A DNA stretch of 62,700 nucleotides, the filler included. It is 2 parts of 2 records of this genome, joined end to end, with 100 filler letters (N's around TTAATTAATTAA, not from the genome) between each part and the next. Parts side by side here need not be neighbours in the genome. Positions count along the whole stretch, not along the records: positions 1 to 31,256 come from SRR20825006_83; 1 more part is not named here. One strand, 5' to 3'. The notes under the pieces are model-generated. The model did no database searches. It was given only the letters and a program-made list of their open reading frames with translations, and was not told the DNA's origin. The position numbers were made by a program, and so were the translations under genes. Positions 10,233 to 20,042 of this stretch are shown one piece after another (the first letter of the stretch is position 1; each line of letters begins with the position of its first letter).

Positions 10233-10640
10233 ATGGACTTTACCTATACCCAATCTGAAATTGCTGAAATTGCTGAGAAAATTATAAACTTCTCAGCATC
10301 AAAAACTTTCTTGCTATACGGTGAAATGGGAGTTGGTAAGACAACGCTTATTAAAGAAATTGTCCAACTCCTTGGCGTTAAGAGTGTTTCTGGCAGCCCT
10401 TCCTTTTCTATTATTAATGAATATGAAGCTACTGATGGAGTTGTTTACCACTTTGATTTCTATAGAATTAATAGTGTAGAAGAAGCGTATGATATTGGTG
10501 TTGAAGATTATTTTTATAGCGGAAACCACATTTTTATTGAATGGCCTGAAAAAATTGAAGCCATTTTACCAGAAAATGCAACCAATATTCATATTATAAA
10601 AAACGCTAACGGAAGTAGAACACTAAAATTATCTGTTTAA
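10233..10640 (+). CDS. tsaE: tRNA t6A biosynthesis ATPase TsaE
   Basis: GEMGVGKTT; SPSFSII; HFDFYR; IEWP. Confidence 0.93.
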   Translation: MDFTYTQSEIAEIAEKIINFSASKTFLLYGEMGVGKTTLIKEIVQLLGVKSVSGSPSFSIINEYEATDGVVYHFDFYRINSVEEAYDIGVEDYFYSGNHIFIEWPEKIEAILPENATNIHIIKNANGSRTLKLSV

Positions 10641-10788
10641 CAACGGTTATTTAGTAATTATTTTAAGCTTTCGTGTATTTAATATTAAAAAACATCACTC
10701 TTTGGGAACCAATAAAATGACCACTTTTGATTATTTTTTAAAAATGAAATATAAAATTAATACGTAAATTGAGGTCAAGTTTTTTAAT

Positions 10789-11988
10789 ATGTCTAAGCCA
10801 AAATCACCTTTTACAAGAGAACAATTACTTCCTCAGGAAGAAATGCTTGAAATAGCAAAACAAAAAGGAGAACTACACATTGGTATTCCTAAAGAAGCTT
10901 ATTTTCAAGAAAAAAGAATATGCCTTACGCCAGATGCAGTAAATGCTATTGTTAGTAATGGTCATAGGGTTTTAATAGAAAAAGGAGCTGGAAATGAAGC
11001 TGGATTTTCTGACAAAGATTATGCTGAAGCTGGCGCAGAAATGACGGAAGACACCAAAAAAGTTTTTGGATGCCCCATGGTATTAAAAGTGGAGCCGCCA
11101 ACGCTTGAAGAATTAGAGCTTATAAAACCGAAAACGGTACTTATTTCTGCCCTTCAACTAAAAACACGTCAAAAATCTTATTTTGATCTACTAGCGAAAA
11201 AGAAAATTACTGCCCTTGCGTTTGAATTTATTAAAGATGAAGACCATAGTTATCCAGCAGTAAAAGCATTAAGTGAAATTGCTGGCACCGCTTCTGTACT
11301 TATTGCTGCAGAATTAATGGTCAACGCAAAAAAAGGAAATGGACTGCTCTTCGGAAATATTAGCGGCGTCCCACCTGTAGAAGTTGTAGTTATTGGCGCA
11401 GGAACAGTAGGCGAATTTGCCGTTAGATCTGCTTTAGGGCTTGGAGCAAACGTAAAAGTTTTTGATAGTTCAATAACAAAATTAAGAACCATACAAACCA
11501 ACGTTGGTCGTATTTTATACACTTCAACAATACAGCCAAAGAACTTAATGAAAGCGTTATTGCGTTGTGATGTAGCTATTGGCGCAGTTCGTGGGCATAA
11601 TAGAGCACCTATTATTGTTTCGGAAGATATGGTGCGAAATATGAAAAAGGGCGCTGTAATAATTGATGTTTGTGTAGATATGGGCGGATGTTTTGAAACT
11701 ACTGAAACTACAAGTCATGACGCCCCAACTTTTATTAAACACGAGGTAATTCATTATGGAGTGCCAAATATTCCTGCACGTTACCCCAAAACTGCCTCAA
11801 TTTCAATAAGTAATATTTTCACTCCATATGTTTTAGAAATTGCAGAAAGTGGTGGTTTAGAAAATGCGATTCGTTTTGACAATGGTTTGAAAAATGGTTT
11901 GTATTTTTACCGCGGAATACTGACTAATAAAGCAGTTGCAGATTGGTTTGATATGCCTTATAGCGATCTCAATTTATTGATTTTTTAA
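10789..11988 (+). CDS. ald: Alanine dehydrogenase
   Basis: GIPKE...EKR; SEIAG; IGAGTVG; DMGGCFET; YGVPNIP. Confidence 0.88.
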   Translation: MSKPKSPFTREQLLPQEEMLEIAKQKGELHIGIPKEAYFQEKRICLTPDAVNAIVSNGHRVLIEKGAGNEAGFSDKDYAEAGAEMTEDTKKVFGCPMVLKVEPPTLEELELIKPKTVLISALQLKTRQKSYFDLLAKKKITALAFEFIKDEDHSYPAVKALSEIAGTASVLIAAELMVNAKKGNGLLFGNISGVPPVEVVVIGAGTVGEFAVRSALGLGANVKVFDSSITKLRTIQTNVGRILYTSTIQPKNLMKALLRCDVAIGAVRGHNRAPIIVSEDMVRNMKKGAVIIDVCVDMGGCFETTETTSHDAPTFIKHEVIHYGVPNIPARYPKTASISISNIFTPYVLEIAESGGLENAIRFDNGLKNGLYFYRGILTNKAVADWFDMPYSDLNLLIF

Positions 11989-12056
11989 AACACATTGAAT
12001 ATGTGCTTATTAAAGTTTCAGATTGAGCTAAACCACAAATTCATAAATCTAAATTA

Positions 12057-12434
12057 ATGAGATTAGCATACCGGTTAGCCTACTTTTCAGGTGGTTTTTT
12101 ACTTGGAATAGCATTACTCCTATTTATTTTACACGGCAAAAAAACTTCTTGTGCATACGGCCCTGAATCCAGAACACTTAAAAATTTAAGATTAAAAGAT
12201 CGTGCCTTTTCTGAAAACACCCTAAATGTGCTCCGTGAAAATAAAATGGACACTTCAGCAATTTCTATATTACTTAAGGATGGAGATGTGCTTTTTTCTG
12301 AAAGCAATACAACGCTTGACTCCTGTAAACAATACGTTGTTGAAGGAGAAATCTTGGAGAAAACACTAAAAATTAGAGTTGAAAATTGCGAAAACAAAGC
12401 TACAATTATTGACGCTAGTGTTTTTCAAGAATAA
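12057..12434 (+). CDS. Membrane-anchored conserved protein (DUF4258-like annotation in Flavobacteriaceae)
   Basis: N-terminal TM helix then SCAYGPESR; family recalled from memory. Confidence 0.55.
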   Translation: MRLAYRLAYFSGGFLLGIALLLFILHGKKTSCAYGPESRTLKNLRLKDRAFSENTLNVLRENKMDTSAISILLKDGDVLFSESNTTLDSCKQYVVEGEILEKTLKIRVENCENKATIIDASVFQE

Positions 12435-12447
12435 TATTTCTATAATA

Positions 12448-13620
12448 TTATAATTTTCTTCGTTCTTTCTCTTTTTTCAAAAGTGTAAGCTCTCTACTAG
12501 TTTGGCCCGCTACAGAAGTGTTTTCCTCTGCACGACGAATTAAATATGGCATAACGTCTTTTACAGGCCCAAATGGAAGGTATTTTGCTACATTATAACC
12601 TTCAGCGCCAAGATTGAAAGTAATGTGATCACTCATACCGTAAAGTTGTCCAAACCAAATGCGACTATCGCTTTTTGCAATACCTTTCTCTTTCATTATA
12701 TCCATGGCAAGGTAAGTGCTCGATTCATTATGTGTGCCAATAAATAATTCTATATCTTCCAAATTTTCAATAATATACTTCATTACTTCGTTGAAGTTAT
12801 CATCTGTAGCTTTTTTACTTTCGCAAATGGGAGTTTTATATCCTTTTTCTATAGCGCGATCGTTTTCTTTTTCCATATAAGCGCCTCGAACTACTTTAAA
12901 ACCAAGTTTAAAGCCTTTTGCTTTTGCCCTTTGATGCAATCCTTTTAAATAATCTAGCCTATCCCATCGATAGCACTGCAGTGTATTAAAAATAATAGGA
13001 CGTTCTTTATTATACTTCTCCATCATTTTCTCACAAAGATCATCTGCAGCATCTTGTATCCAAGATTCTTCACCATCTATAAGCAAACTAATTTTACTGT
13101 CGTGAGCAATTTTAGAAATTGTATCGTAACGCTTCTCAATTCTTTCCCATTGGGCTTTTTCATTTAGTGTTAAAGGTTGTTTCTCAGTAACTTTTTGCCA
13201 AATTGAGAACCTACCAAGACCTGAGGGTTTAAACACCGAAAAAGGCATCGCTTCTTTATTCTGCGCAAATTCTGTAAGTTCCCCAACTTTATTTGCTGTT
13301 GCATCAAATTGCACTTCCTCTTCTTTCCCTTCAACAGAATAATCCAAAACAGAAGAAACACCAACATCAAACAGACTGTCAACTGTACTCATACAATCTC
13401 TTTCGTTTATGCCGCCGCAAAAATGATCAAAAACTGTAGCACGAATAAGCCCTTCTACAGGTAGGTTTATATTTAATGCAAACTTTGTTGCCGCAGACCC
13501 TATTTTCACTAAAGGTTCTTTAGAAATCATTTTAAATAGAAAGTATGCACGTTCTAGCTCAGAATTACTTTTCAATTGAAAAGCTGTTTCTGTATTATCG
13601 AAAAGTGAATTTGAGGTCAT
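12448..13620 (-). CDS. Monofunctional proline dehydrogenase
   Basis: FDHFCGG; KVVRGAYMEKE; GTHN; GQLYGM; YLIRRAEEN. Confidence 0.92.
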   Translation of the reverse strand: MTSNSLFDNTETAFQLKSNSELERAYFLFKMISKEPLVKIGSAATKFALNINLPVEGLIRATVFDHFCGGINERDCMSTVDSLFDVGVSSVLDYSVEGKEEEVQFDATANKVGELTEFAQNKEAMPFSVFKPSGLGRFSIWQKVTEKQPLTLNEKAQWERIEKRYDTISKIAHDSKISLLIDGEESWIQDAADDLCEKMMEKYNKERPIIFNTLQCYRWDRLDYLKGLHQRAKAKGFKLGFKVVRGAYMEKENDRAIEKGYKTPICESKKATDDNFNEVMKYIIENLEDIELFIGTHNESSTYLAMDIMKEKGIAKSDSRIWFGQLYGMSDHITFNLGAEGYNVAKYLPFGPVKDVMPYLIRRAEENTSVAGQTSRELTLLKKEKERRKL

Positions 13621-13690
13621 AAAAAAAAATAATGTGTGCAAATATAGTTAGATTTGAACTTTGAATAATGAAGAATAATTGCCAAAATTG

Positions 13691-14761
13691 ATGAAAGAAA
13701 AGAATAATTTTAAAGGAGGTGTTTATAAAGATGAAAATGCATGGAAAACACTCTCAAATTGTATTGAAAATCTTAAGCCTTCAAAGATTTTTATAATTAC
13801 CGACACCAATACCTCGAAACATTGTGTTCCTTATTTTCTTGATAAATATTCGTTTGAAATCACTCCTGAAATTATTACAATCCCAGCAGGTGAAAGCCAC
13901 AAAACAATACACACCTGCTTAAATGTCTGGGAAATACTTTCAGAAAAAGGCGCTGACAGAAATAGCTTACTAATAAATTTAGGTGGTGGTGTGGTTACAG
14001 ATCTTGGTGGTTTTGTAGCGTCAACTTTTAAACGCGGCATCCCTTTTATAAACATCCCCACTTCCCTACTGGCCATGGTTGATGCTTCTGTGGGTGGTAA
14101 AAACGGCGTGGATCTTGGACACATAAAAAATCAAATTGGTGTAATAAACATACCTGAAATGGTTATTTTGGATACTTTTTTTCTAAAAACATTACCAACT
14201 GAACATATTACTTCTGGGATTGCAGAAATGCTTAAACACGGTGTTATTCATAGTAAAACGTATTGGAATCACGTAAAAAATATTGATGCAAACAACAAAA
14301 AAGAATTTGAAACTCTAATTTGGGATTCCATTGCAATTAAAAAAGAAGTTGTTGAAAAAGATCCTTTTGAAAAAGATTTACGCAAAACCCTAAATTACGG
14401 ACATACACTTGGCCATGCCATAGAATCGTATTTTCTTGAAAGCCCAGATAAAAATGATTTATTACATGGTGAAGCCGTTGCGGTAGGGATTATTCTGGCT
14501 ACATACATATCAAAAGAAACGTATAATTTCCCTGAAGAAACCTTAACTGACATTTCAAAAAGTGTTTTAAAATATTTTCCGAAGCAAGATTTCACTAAAA
14601 AAGATATTGAGGCTATCATAAAATTAATGGTCTTCGATAAAAAAAACAGGAATGGAAAGGTACTTTTTGTACTTTTAGAGGATATTGGCAAGCATAAAAC
14701 GAACTGCATTGTGAGTAATGATTTGATTTTCAATGCTTTTAATTATTATAAAAATTTATAA
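13691..14761 (+). CDS. aroB: 3-dehydroquinate synthase
   Basis: GGGVVTDLGGF; DASVGGKNG; LNYGHTLGHAIE; LLHGEAV; DKK. Confidence 0.95.
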   Translation: MKEKNNFKGGVYKDENAWKTLSNCIENLKPSKIFIITDTNTSKHCVPYFLDKYSFEITPEIITIPAGESHKTIHTCLNVWEILSEKGADRNSLLINLGGGVVTDLGGFVASTFKRGIPFINIPTSLLAMVDASVGGKNGVDLGHIKNQIGVINIPEMVILDTFFLKTLPTEHITSGIAEMLKHGVIHSKTYWNHVKNIDANNKKEFETLIWDSIAIKKEVVEKDPFEKDLRKTLNYGHTLGHAIESYFLESPDKNDLLHGEAVAVGIILATYISKETYNFPEETLTDISKSVLKYFPKQDFTKKDIEAIIKLMVFDKKNRNGKVLFVLLEDIGKHKTNCIVSNDLIFNAFNYYKNL

Positions 14762-14839
14762 AAAAATTCTTGTAAAAATTTTTAAGTCTTTTATATTTGA
14801 ATAGTTTTATAACCCCAAACTAAAAAGATTGAATTATAA

Positions 14840-15133
14840 ATGAAGCGAATCATTGTAGATTACCGAAAGTTAACACCGGAAATACTTTCCTTATTAGTAG
14901 AAAAATATCCAGACGGATATGATGACGCCCACGTTATCACTTTTAAAAATGCTAAAAACGAAACAGTTGAAGCGGTTGAAGTGAAAACTGAGGACACTAT
15001 TTTTCTAGTGAAAGTAAGTTCTCGCCTTGAAATAACCATGGCCAATTTTGATGAAGACGACTATGATGATGCTGACTTTAATGAACCAATTAGTGAAATT
15101 CCAGATAGAAAAAAAATGGATGAGGAGGAATAA
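14840..15133 (+). CDS. Small conserved hypothetical protein with acidic C-terminal tail
   Basis: 97 aa; TATATTTG box at 14792-14799 upstream and a terminator downstream. Confidence 0.8.
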   Translation: MKRIIVDYRKLTPEILSLLVEKYPDGYDDAHVITFKNAKNETVEAVEVKTEDTIFLVKVSSRLEITMANFDEDDYDDADFNEPISEIPDRKKMDEEE

Positions 15134-15148
15134 TCCTCAAATTAAATA

Positions 15149-15193
15149 TATAAACAACAAAAGAGGCGATTTTCGCCTCTTTTGTTGTTTATA
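15149..15193. terminator. Bidirectional intrinsic terminator
   Basis: Perfect 21-bp inverted repeat with a 3-nt loop between convergent genes. Confidence 0.85.
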
Positions 15194-15213
15194 AGCTAAA
15201 TGCAATTAGTTTA

Positions 15214-15762
15214 TTATGCATGTTGAAGTTCGTGCTTACCTTCTTTAATCTCTTCAATTAGCTTTGAATTAAAAGCTGGTAAATCATCTGGGTTTCTACT
15301 GGTAACAAAACCTTCGTCCACAACTACCTCTTCGTCTACCCAATTAGCACCTGCGTTAATAAGGTCATCTTTGATTGAATTAAATGAAGTCATCTTTCTG
15401 TTTTTTACTACTTCTGCAGAAATTAAAACTTGTGGTCCGTGGCATATAGCTGCTACAGGCTTCTTTTGCTCAAAGAAATGTTTTACAAATTTTAATGCCT
15501 TTTCATTTCTTCTTAACTTATCAGGATTAATTACACCTCCTGGTAAAACCAATGCATTATAATCTGAAGAATTGGCATTTTCAATGGTTTTATCTACAGC
15601 ATAATCATTACTCCAGTTTCCATTAGCCCATGCTTTTATTTTTCCTTCCTTTTCGCTAATAATTTCAACAATAAATCCTTCGTTTTCCATCGCTTCTTTT
15701 GGCGATTTCAATTCAGATTCTTCAAAACCATCAGTTGCTAAAATTGCTATTCTCTTATTCAT
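15214..15762 (-). CDS. PfpI/DJ-1 family protein
   Basis: DGFEESE; LPGG; AICHGP; TSRNPDD. Confidence 0.92.
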   Translation of the reverse strand: MNKRIAILATDGFEESELKSPKEAMENEGFIVEIISEKEGKIKAWANGNWSNDYAVDKTIENANSSDYNALVLPGGVINPDKLRRNEKALKFVKHFFEQKKPVAAICHGPQVLISAEVVKNRKMTSFNSIKDDLINAGANWVDEEVVVDEGFVTSRNPDDLPAFNSKLIEEIKEGKHELQHA

Positions 15763-15936
15763 AATCTTTTCTTTTAGTTAAACAATTAATTTTACGTGAA
15801 GATACTAAGCATGAAATTTACTACGAATTATTTCATATTAATATTTTACTAATCTTTGTTAAGAAATGCTAATGAAAACAGCTATTCACAGCTGTTTTCA
15901 AAACCAAAAAAAATAAAATTACAAGAGGTTTATAAA

Positions 15937-16452
15937 CTATAGATAACGTTCTTTTATAATATTACAATGGTGTATTTCGTGACCACAAATAATATAACCA
16001 GCAGCTCTCACAGACATTAAACTACCGTTTGCTGTACCTGTTTGTATTAATTCAGATTCATTGAGATATTTAAATAATGAAAGTGAAGCCGCTCTGATAG
16101 TTTTGTATTCATTTATTAAATCTGTTATAGATTTTTTGTTAGCATGTGCATTCATAGCAAAAACATTTTCATCAAAACCTTTAAGATCTGCATTTTTAAA
16201 TCTCGCAAAATAGAGCGCTCTATATGCAAAAACCCTTTCAGTATCAGAAATATGCTGTAAAATATCTTTCGGCGTCCATTTTTCTGGTGCATATTGATAC
16301 TCCCATTTTTCATTAGGTAAATTTTCAAAAAATGATTGAGTAGCTTTAAATCCTGTAATTAATGCATTAGTAAGTGAAGTGTTTTCAACTAAACTTATAT
16401 AGTTTTTATAATAGGAATTATATTCAGCGGGTAATACTTCAGATTTTATCAT
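15937..16452 (-). CDS. DinB family protein
   Basis: KWT...HISDTE...GHEIHH. Confidence 0.85.
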   Translation of the reverse strand: MIKSEVLPAEYNSYYKNYISLVENTSLTNALITGFKATQSFFENLPNEKWEYQYAPEKWTPKDILQHISDTERVFAYRALYFARFKNADLKGFDENVFAMNAHANKKSITDLINEYKTIRAASLSLFKYLNESELIQTGTANGSLMSVRAAGYIICGHEIHHCNIIKERYL

Positions 16453-16470
16453 GTTTTTTTTATTAAAAAT

Positions 16471-16504
16471 AAAAAAAACCTTTGCTGTAGGGCAAAGGCT
16501 TTTT
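16471..16504 (-). terminator. Intrinsic terminator after the Lrp gene
   Basis: CCTTTGC/GCAAAGG stem flanked by A and T runs. Confidence 0.65.
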
Positions 16505-16523
16505 ATAAAAAATTTTAAAGCAC

Positions 16524-17003
16524 TTATATCTCATTAAATATAGAATGAAGTAATCTTTTTTTATCATTAATGCTTTCTTCCATAGAAATCATAGTTTCTG
16601 TTCTGCTAACACCCTCTATATCATCTATTTGATAAATAATATCTTTTGCATGAGATGTGTCACGTGCTCTTATTTTACAAAAAATATTGAACTTCCCTGT
16701 GGTAACATGCGCCACAGTTACAAATGGAATATGGCTTATGCGCTCCAAAACAAACTGTGTTTGTGATGTTTTAAAAATGAAAACTCCTACATAAGCTATA
16801 AATGAGTATCCTAATTTTTGATAATCAACTTGTAATGAAGAACCAGTGATTATTCCAGCCTCTTCCATCTTTTTAACACGAACGTGAATTGTTCCTGCAG
16901 AGATTTCTAATTTTTTTGCAATGTCAGTAAAGGGTATTCTAGTATTATCTATTAAAAGGTCCAGAATTTTGTGGTCCGTGTCATCTAATTTAAACTTCGG
17001 CAT
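16524..17003 (-). CDS. Lrp/AsnC family regulator
   Basis: LDDTDHKIL HTH plus RAM domain (TGKFNIF, GVSRTET). Confidence 0.92.
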   Translation of the reverse strand: MPKFKLDDTDHKILDLLIDNTRIPFTDIAKKLEISAGTIHVRVKKMEEAGIITGSSLQVDYQKLGYSFIAYVGVFIFKTSQTQFVLERISHIPFVTVAHVTTGKFNIFCKIRARDTSHAKDIIYQIDDIEGVSRTETMISMEESINDKKRLLHSIFNEI

Positions 17004-17047
17004 ATTAAATATATTTTTTTGCAAAAATATGAAGTTTTATGATATTA

Positions 17048-18199
17048 CTAAATATAATTGTAAGAAAATATTACTGAATTCGTAGTTTTATCAATTATTT
17101 TTGAAATATTCATGCCGGCTGTTAAATTTCCTTGAGGAATTGTTAATATTTCAGCACCATTTAAATCGGCCTCTTTATGACCTATTCTATCTTCTAAAAC
17201 CTCTATTTCATCAATAAAAGGCTTAAAATCAATTGATTTATTTTGTAGGAATTCTTTAAATTGAATTGCAATCGAAACAGTTTTATCGTGTGTAGGAATG
17301 CTTACATTTCTTAAGATAAAATCATTGAAATTTTTTAGATTTTCAGGAATATTAAAATACGTCTTATAATCTGGCGTTTGTCCGTCGCCAATAATATCGA
17401 ACAACGTTAGTAATGCATAAAAAATAAGCTCTCTAGGCTTTTCGCGTTGATAATCTTGTTCAAAATGTCCCGCTTCAAATAATATGGTTGGTACTCCAGC
17501 CTTTTGAAATGTATCGCCCACACAGGCTTCATTAAAGCTATCATCATACCTTCCTACTTGTCCAGGAATGTATTTCTGAAGTATATTATTCATTTTAGCT
17601 ATCTGTTCCATCGCAGCTTTTCGTGCTGCTGTAACAGTTCTCTCTTCATCTGCTGCTGGTGATAAAAATGAAATTGTAGCCGGTTTCCCGCTTTTAAAGC
17701 CAAATATAGAGCGTTGGTCATGTAGATTTAAACATAACGATGGTTTTAATTCCTTAAATAATTTATGTAAACATTGACTCTCTAGTTGTGATAAACGCTG
17801 TGCATCACGATTTAAATCAATATTATTAGCATTTACTCGTGTATAATTTGCTGCACCATCCGGATTGAGAATAGGAACTATATAGAAGGTATACGTATTT
17901 AAAAAATGTTCTATTTCGGTACTAAAAACTGTATCCTGACTTATAAACTTTAAAAAATCAAAAAGAGCCTTCGTAGTTGTACTTTCATTTCCGTGCATTT
18001 GCGACCAGCCCAACACCACTTTATCACCTTTACCAACTTTAAGCATTGGAATGTCTTGACCATTTTCTGAAACTCCAATTATTGAAATTTCATATTTTAA
18101 ATTATACAGATCCAACAAAGGATAAACATGCTCCATGGTTATATAGCGACCAGCTAAATGAAGCTCAAAGTTTTGTTGATACCAACTTTCTATTTTCAT
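17048..18199 (-). CDS. M14 family zinc carboxypeptidase
   Basis: HGNE; NPDG; DLNRD; LNLHD; LFEAG. Confidence 0.88.
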   Translation of the reverse strand: MKIESWYQQNFELHLAGRYITMEHVYPLLDLYNLKYEISIIGVSENGQDIPMLKVGKGDKVVLGWSQMHGNESTTTKALFDFLKFISQDTVFSTEIEHFLNTYTFYIVPILNPDGAANYTRVNANNIDLNRDAQRLSQLESQCLHKLFKELKPSLCLNLHDQRSIFGFKSGKPATISFLSPAADEERTVTAARKAAMEQIAKMNNILQKYIPGQVGRYDDSFNEACVGDTFQKAGVPTILFEAGHFEQDYQREKPRELIFYALLTLFDIIGDGQTPDYKTYFNIPENLKNFNDFILRNVSIPTHDKTVSIAIQFKEFLQNKSIDFKPFIDEIEVLEDRIGHKEADLNGAEILTIPQGNLTAGMNISKIIDKTTNSVIFSYNYI

Positions 18200-18212
18200 A
18201 CTTGAAATTATT

Positions 18213-18499
18213 GTTTACAAAGTTAAACAATGGATTGTTTACAAATGTAAACTAAAATTTAAACCTATTCTGATTACAATAGTAAACAAAAGTAGAATGC
18301 TGTATTATGAAATGTTTGTAAATAAACGATATTTTAATAAATTCAATTTAAATATCTTTATTTCATTTAATTATACAATTTTAAGTAAAGTTTTAGTTTA
18401 ATATAATTTAATAAATATCTCGTAATTTATTGTAGATATATTACAATACTTTACATTTGTAACCGTTTATATAATAAAAATAATGTTACAATGGTAAAC
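18213..18499. promoter_or_regulatory. Array of five TTAC-N4-GTAA palindromic operator-like sites in a divergent promoter region
   Basis: Sites at 18213 (one mismatch), 18237, 18272, 18449 and 18484; three contain TAnnTTTG boxes and one overlaps the XRE start codon. Confidence 0.7.
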
Positions 18500-18910
18500 A
18501 GTGATGAATTCGTAAAAAGAATAGCAAGAATACTGGATTATTACAATCTTTCGGCTACTGCTTTTGCAGAAGAAGTGGAATTTAACCGCTCCACTATTTC
18601 ACATTTATTATCTGGAAGAAATAAACCTAGCTTGGAGTTTGTAATGAAGTTACTTCAGAAATTTCCTGAAGTAGATTTAAATTGGCTTCTGTATGGAAAA
18701 GGATCCTTCCCTTCCATTTTGAATAACCAAAAAGAAATTAAAGCACCACAACAAAAAACACAGGTTGACTCAAAAAAAACTATAGACCTTTTTTCGGAAG
18801 AAGTTATGGATGCTTCTAAAAACAGAATCCATCTTAGTGGAAATTCAAATGAAATAGAAAAAATTGTGTTCTTTTATAAAGATGGTAGTTTTAATGTATA
18901 TCAAAATTGA
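18491..18910 (+). CDS. XRE-family HTH transcriptional regulator
   Basis: AFAEEVEFNRSTISHLLSGRNKPS...WLLYGKG; C-terminal IEKIVFFYKDGSF motif. Confidence 0.9.
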   Translation: MVNSDEFVKRIARILDYYNLSATAFAEEVEFNRSTISHLLSGRNKPSLEFVMKLLQKFPEVDLNWLLYGKGSFPSILNNQKEIKAPQQKTQVDSKKTIDLFSEEVMDASKNRIHLSGNSNEIEKIVFFYKDGSFNVYQN

Positions 18911-18952
18911 GTGGTTTCAGTAATTTTTCAGAAATTCGCATAAAAATTGAAA

Positions 18953-19327
18953 ATGCGTGTATTCCCTTTACTATTAAGTTTACTTTTATTGAGTAGTTGT
19001 TACGAAACTGAGCGCAATTGCGCTGATTTTAGAACAGGAACCTTTGAATTTGAAGCGCTCTCTGGTACTGAAGTTTTTAAAACAACTATTACCCGCTCAG
19101 ATTCCATTGAAGTGGATTATTTCAATGAAAAAATTGATTCCTCTACAATTCGTTGGGTTAACGATTGTGAATATGTGTTAGAAAAGATTAATCCAAAAAA
19201 TCAAGCTGAAAAGAAAGCTATTCTTATAAAAATCTTGACAACAGATAAGGATAGTTATACGTTTGAGTTTAGTGAAGTTGGAAAAACTAAAACTAGTAGA
19301 GCTACGGCTCGTAGAGTTAAACCATAA
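18953..19327 (+). CDS. Conserved lipoprotein of unknown function
   Basis: Lipobox LLSSC; CADFRTGTF; WVNDCEY. Confidence 0.75.
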   Translation: MRVFPLLLSLLLLSSCYETERNCADFRTGTFEFEALSGTEVFKTTITRSDSIEVDYFNEKIDSSTIRWVNDCEYVLEKINPKNQAEKKAILIKILTTDKDSYTFEFSEVGKTKTSRATARRVKP

Positions 19328-19343
19328 TTTTTTACAACAAGAT

Positions 19344-20042
19344 TTATAATAGACGCCCAGCAATTCGGTCTTTTGCCAATTGCAGTACTGTATGAAATTG
19401 ATCTTCAAGATTCATTTCTGAGTTGTCAATTTCAATGGCGTCCTCAGCTTTTAATAAAGGAGAGTCTTCTCTAGTTGTGTCAATATAATCGCGCTCCTGA
19501 ATATTATTTAATACATCGCTATATTGCACATTATCACCACGCTCTAAAAGCTCTTTATACCTGCGTTGCGCACGTTCTTGTGCAGATGCATTCATAAATA
19601 TTTTAAGTTCAGCATCAGGAAAAACAACGGTGCCAATATCACGACCATCCATTACAACAGCCTTTTCTAAGCCCATTTTTTGTTGTTGCGCAACAAGTTT
19701 TACACGAACTTCATGTATGGTTGCTATAGGACTTACAAATTCTGAAACTTCTAGATTACGTATTTGACTTTCAACATCTTCTCCATTTAAAAAAATATGA
19801 GCTTTATTCCATTCCTCTTTCTTTTTAAAACTTAAATTAATGGAGTCTAGAGAATTTTTAAGTTTTTCTTCATCAAAATTGTCTTTTGAAATAATCTCAT
19901 TTTGCATTGCAAACAAAGTAACAGCGCGATACATGGCGCCACTATCTACATAAACGTAACCCAAATAATCTGCAAGTTGTTTTGCTACGGTGCTTTTACC
20001 TGTTGAAGAATATCCGTCAATTGCAATGGTAATTTTTCTCAT
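19344..20042 (-). CDS. cmk: Cytidylate kinase
   Basis: IAIDGYSSTGKST; DSGAMYRA; DGRDIGTVVFP. Confidence 0.96.
   Translation of the reverse strand: MRKITIAIDGYSSTGKSTVAKQLADYLGYVYVDSGAMYRAVTLFAMQNEIISKDNFDEEKLKNSLDSINLSFKKKEEWNKAHIFLNGEDVESQIRNLEVSEFVSPIATIHEVRVKLVAQQQKMGLEKAVVMDGRDIGTVVFPDAELKIFMNASAQERAQRRYKELLERGDNVQYSDVLNNIQERDYIDTTREDSPLLKAEDAIEIDNSEMNLEDQFHTVLQLAKDRIAGRLL

Noticed and set aside
18200..18490. AT-rich repeat region as oriC or CRISPR
   Set aside because: No DnaA boxes seen and no constant repeat-spacer periodicity; an operator array explains it better
18953..19327. DNA topoisomerase label sometimes attached to this family
   Set aside because: About 124 aa with a lipobox and no topoisomerase motifs
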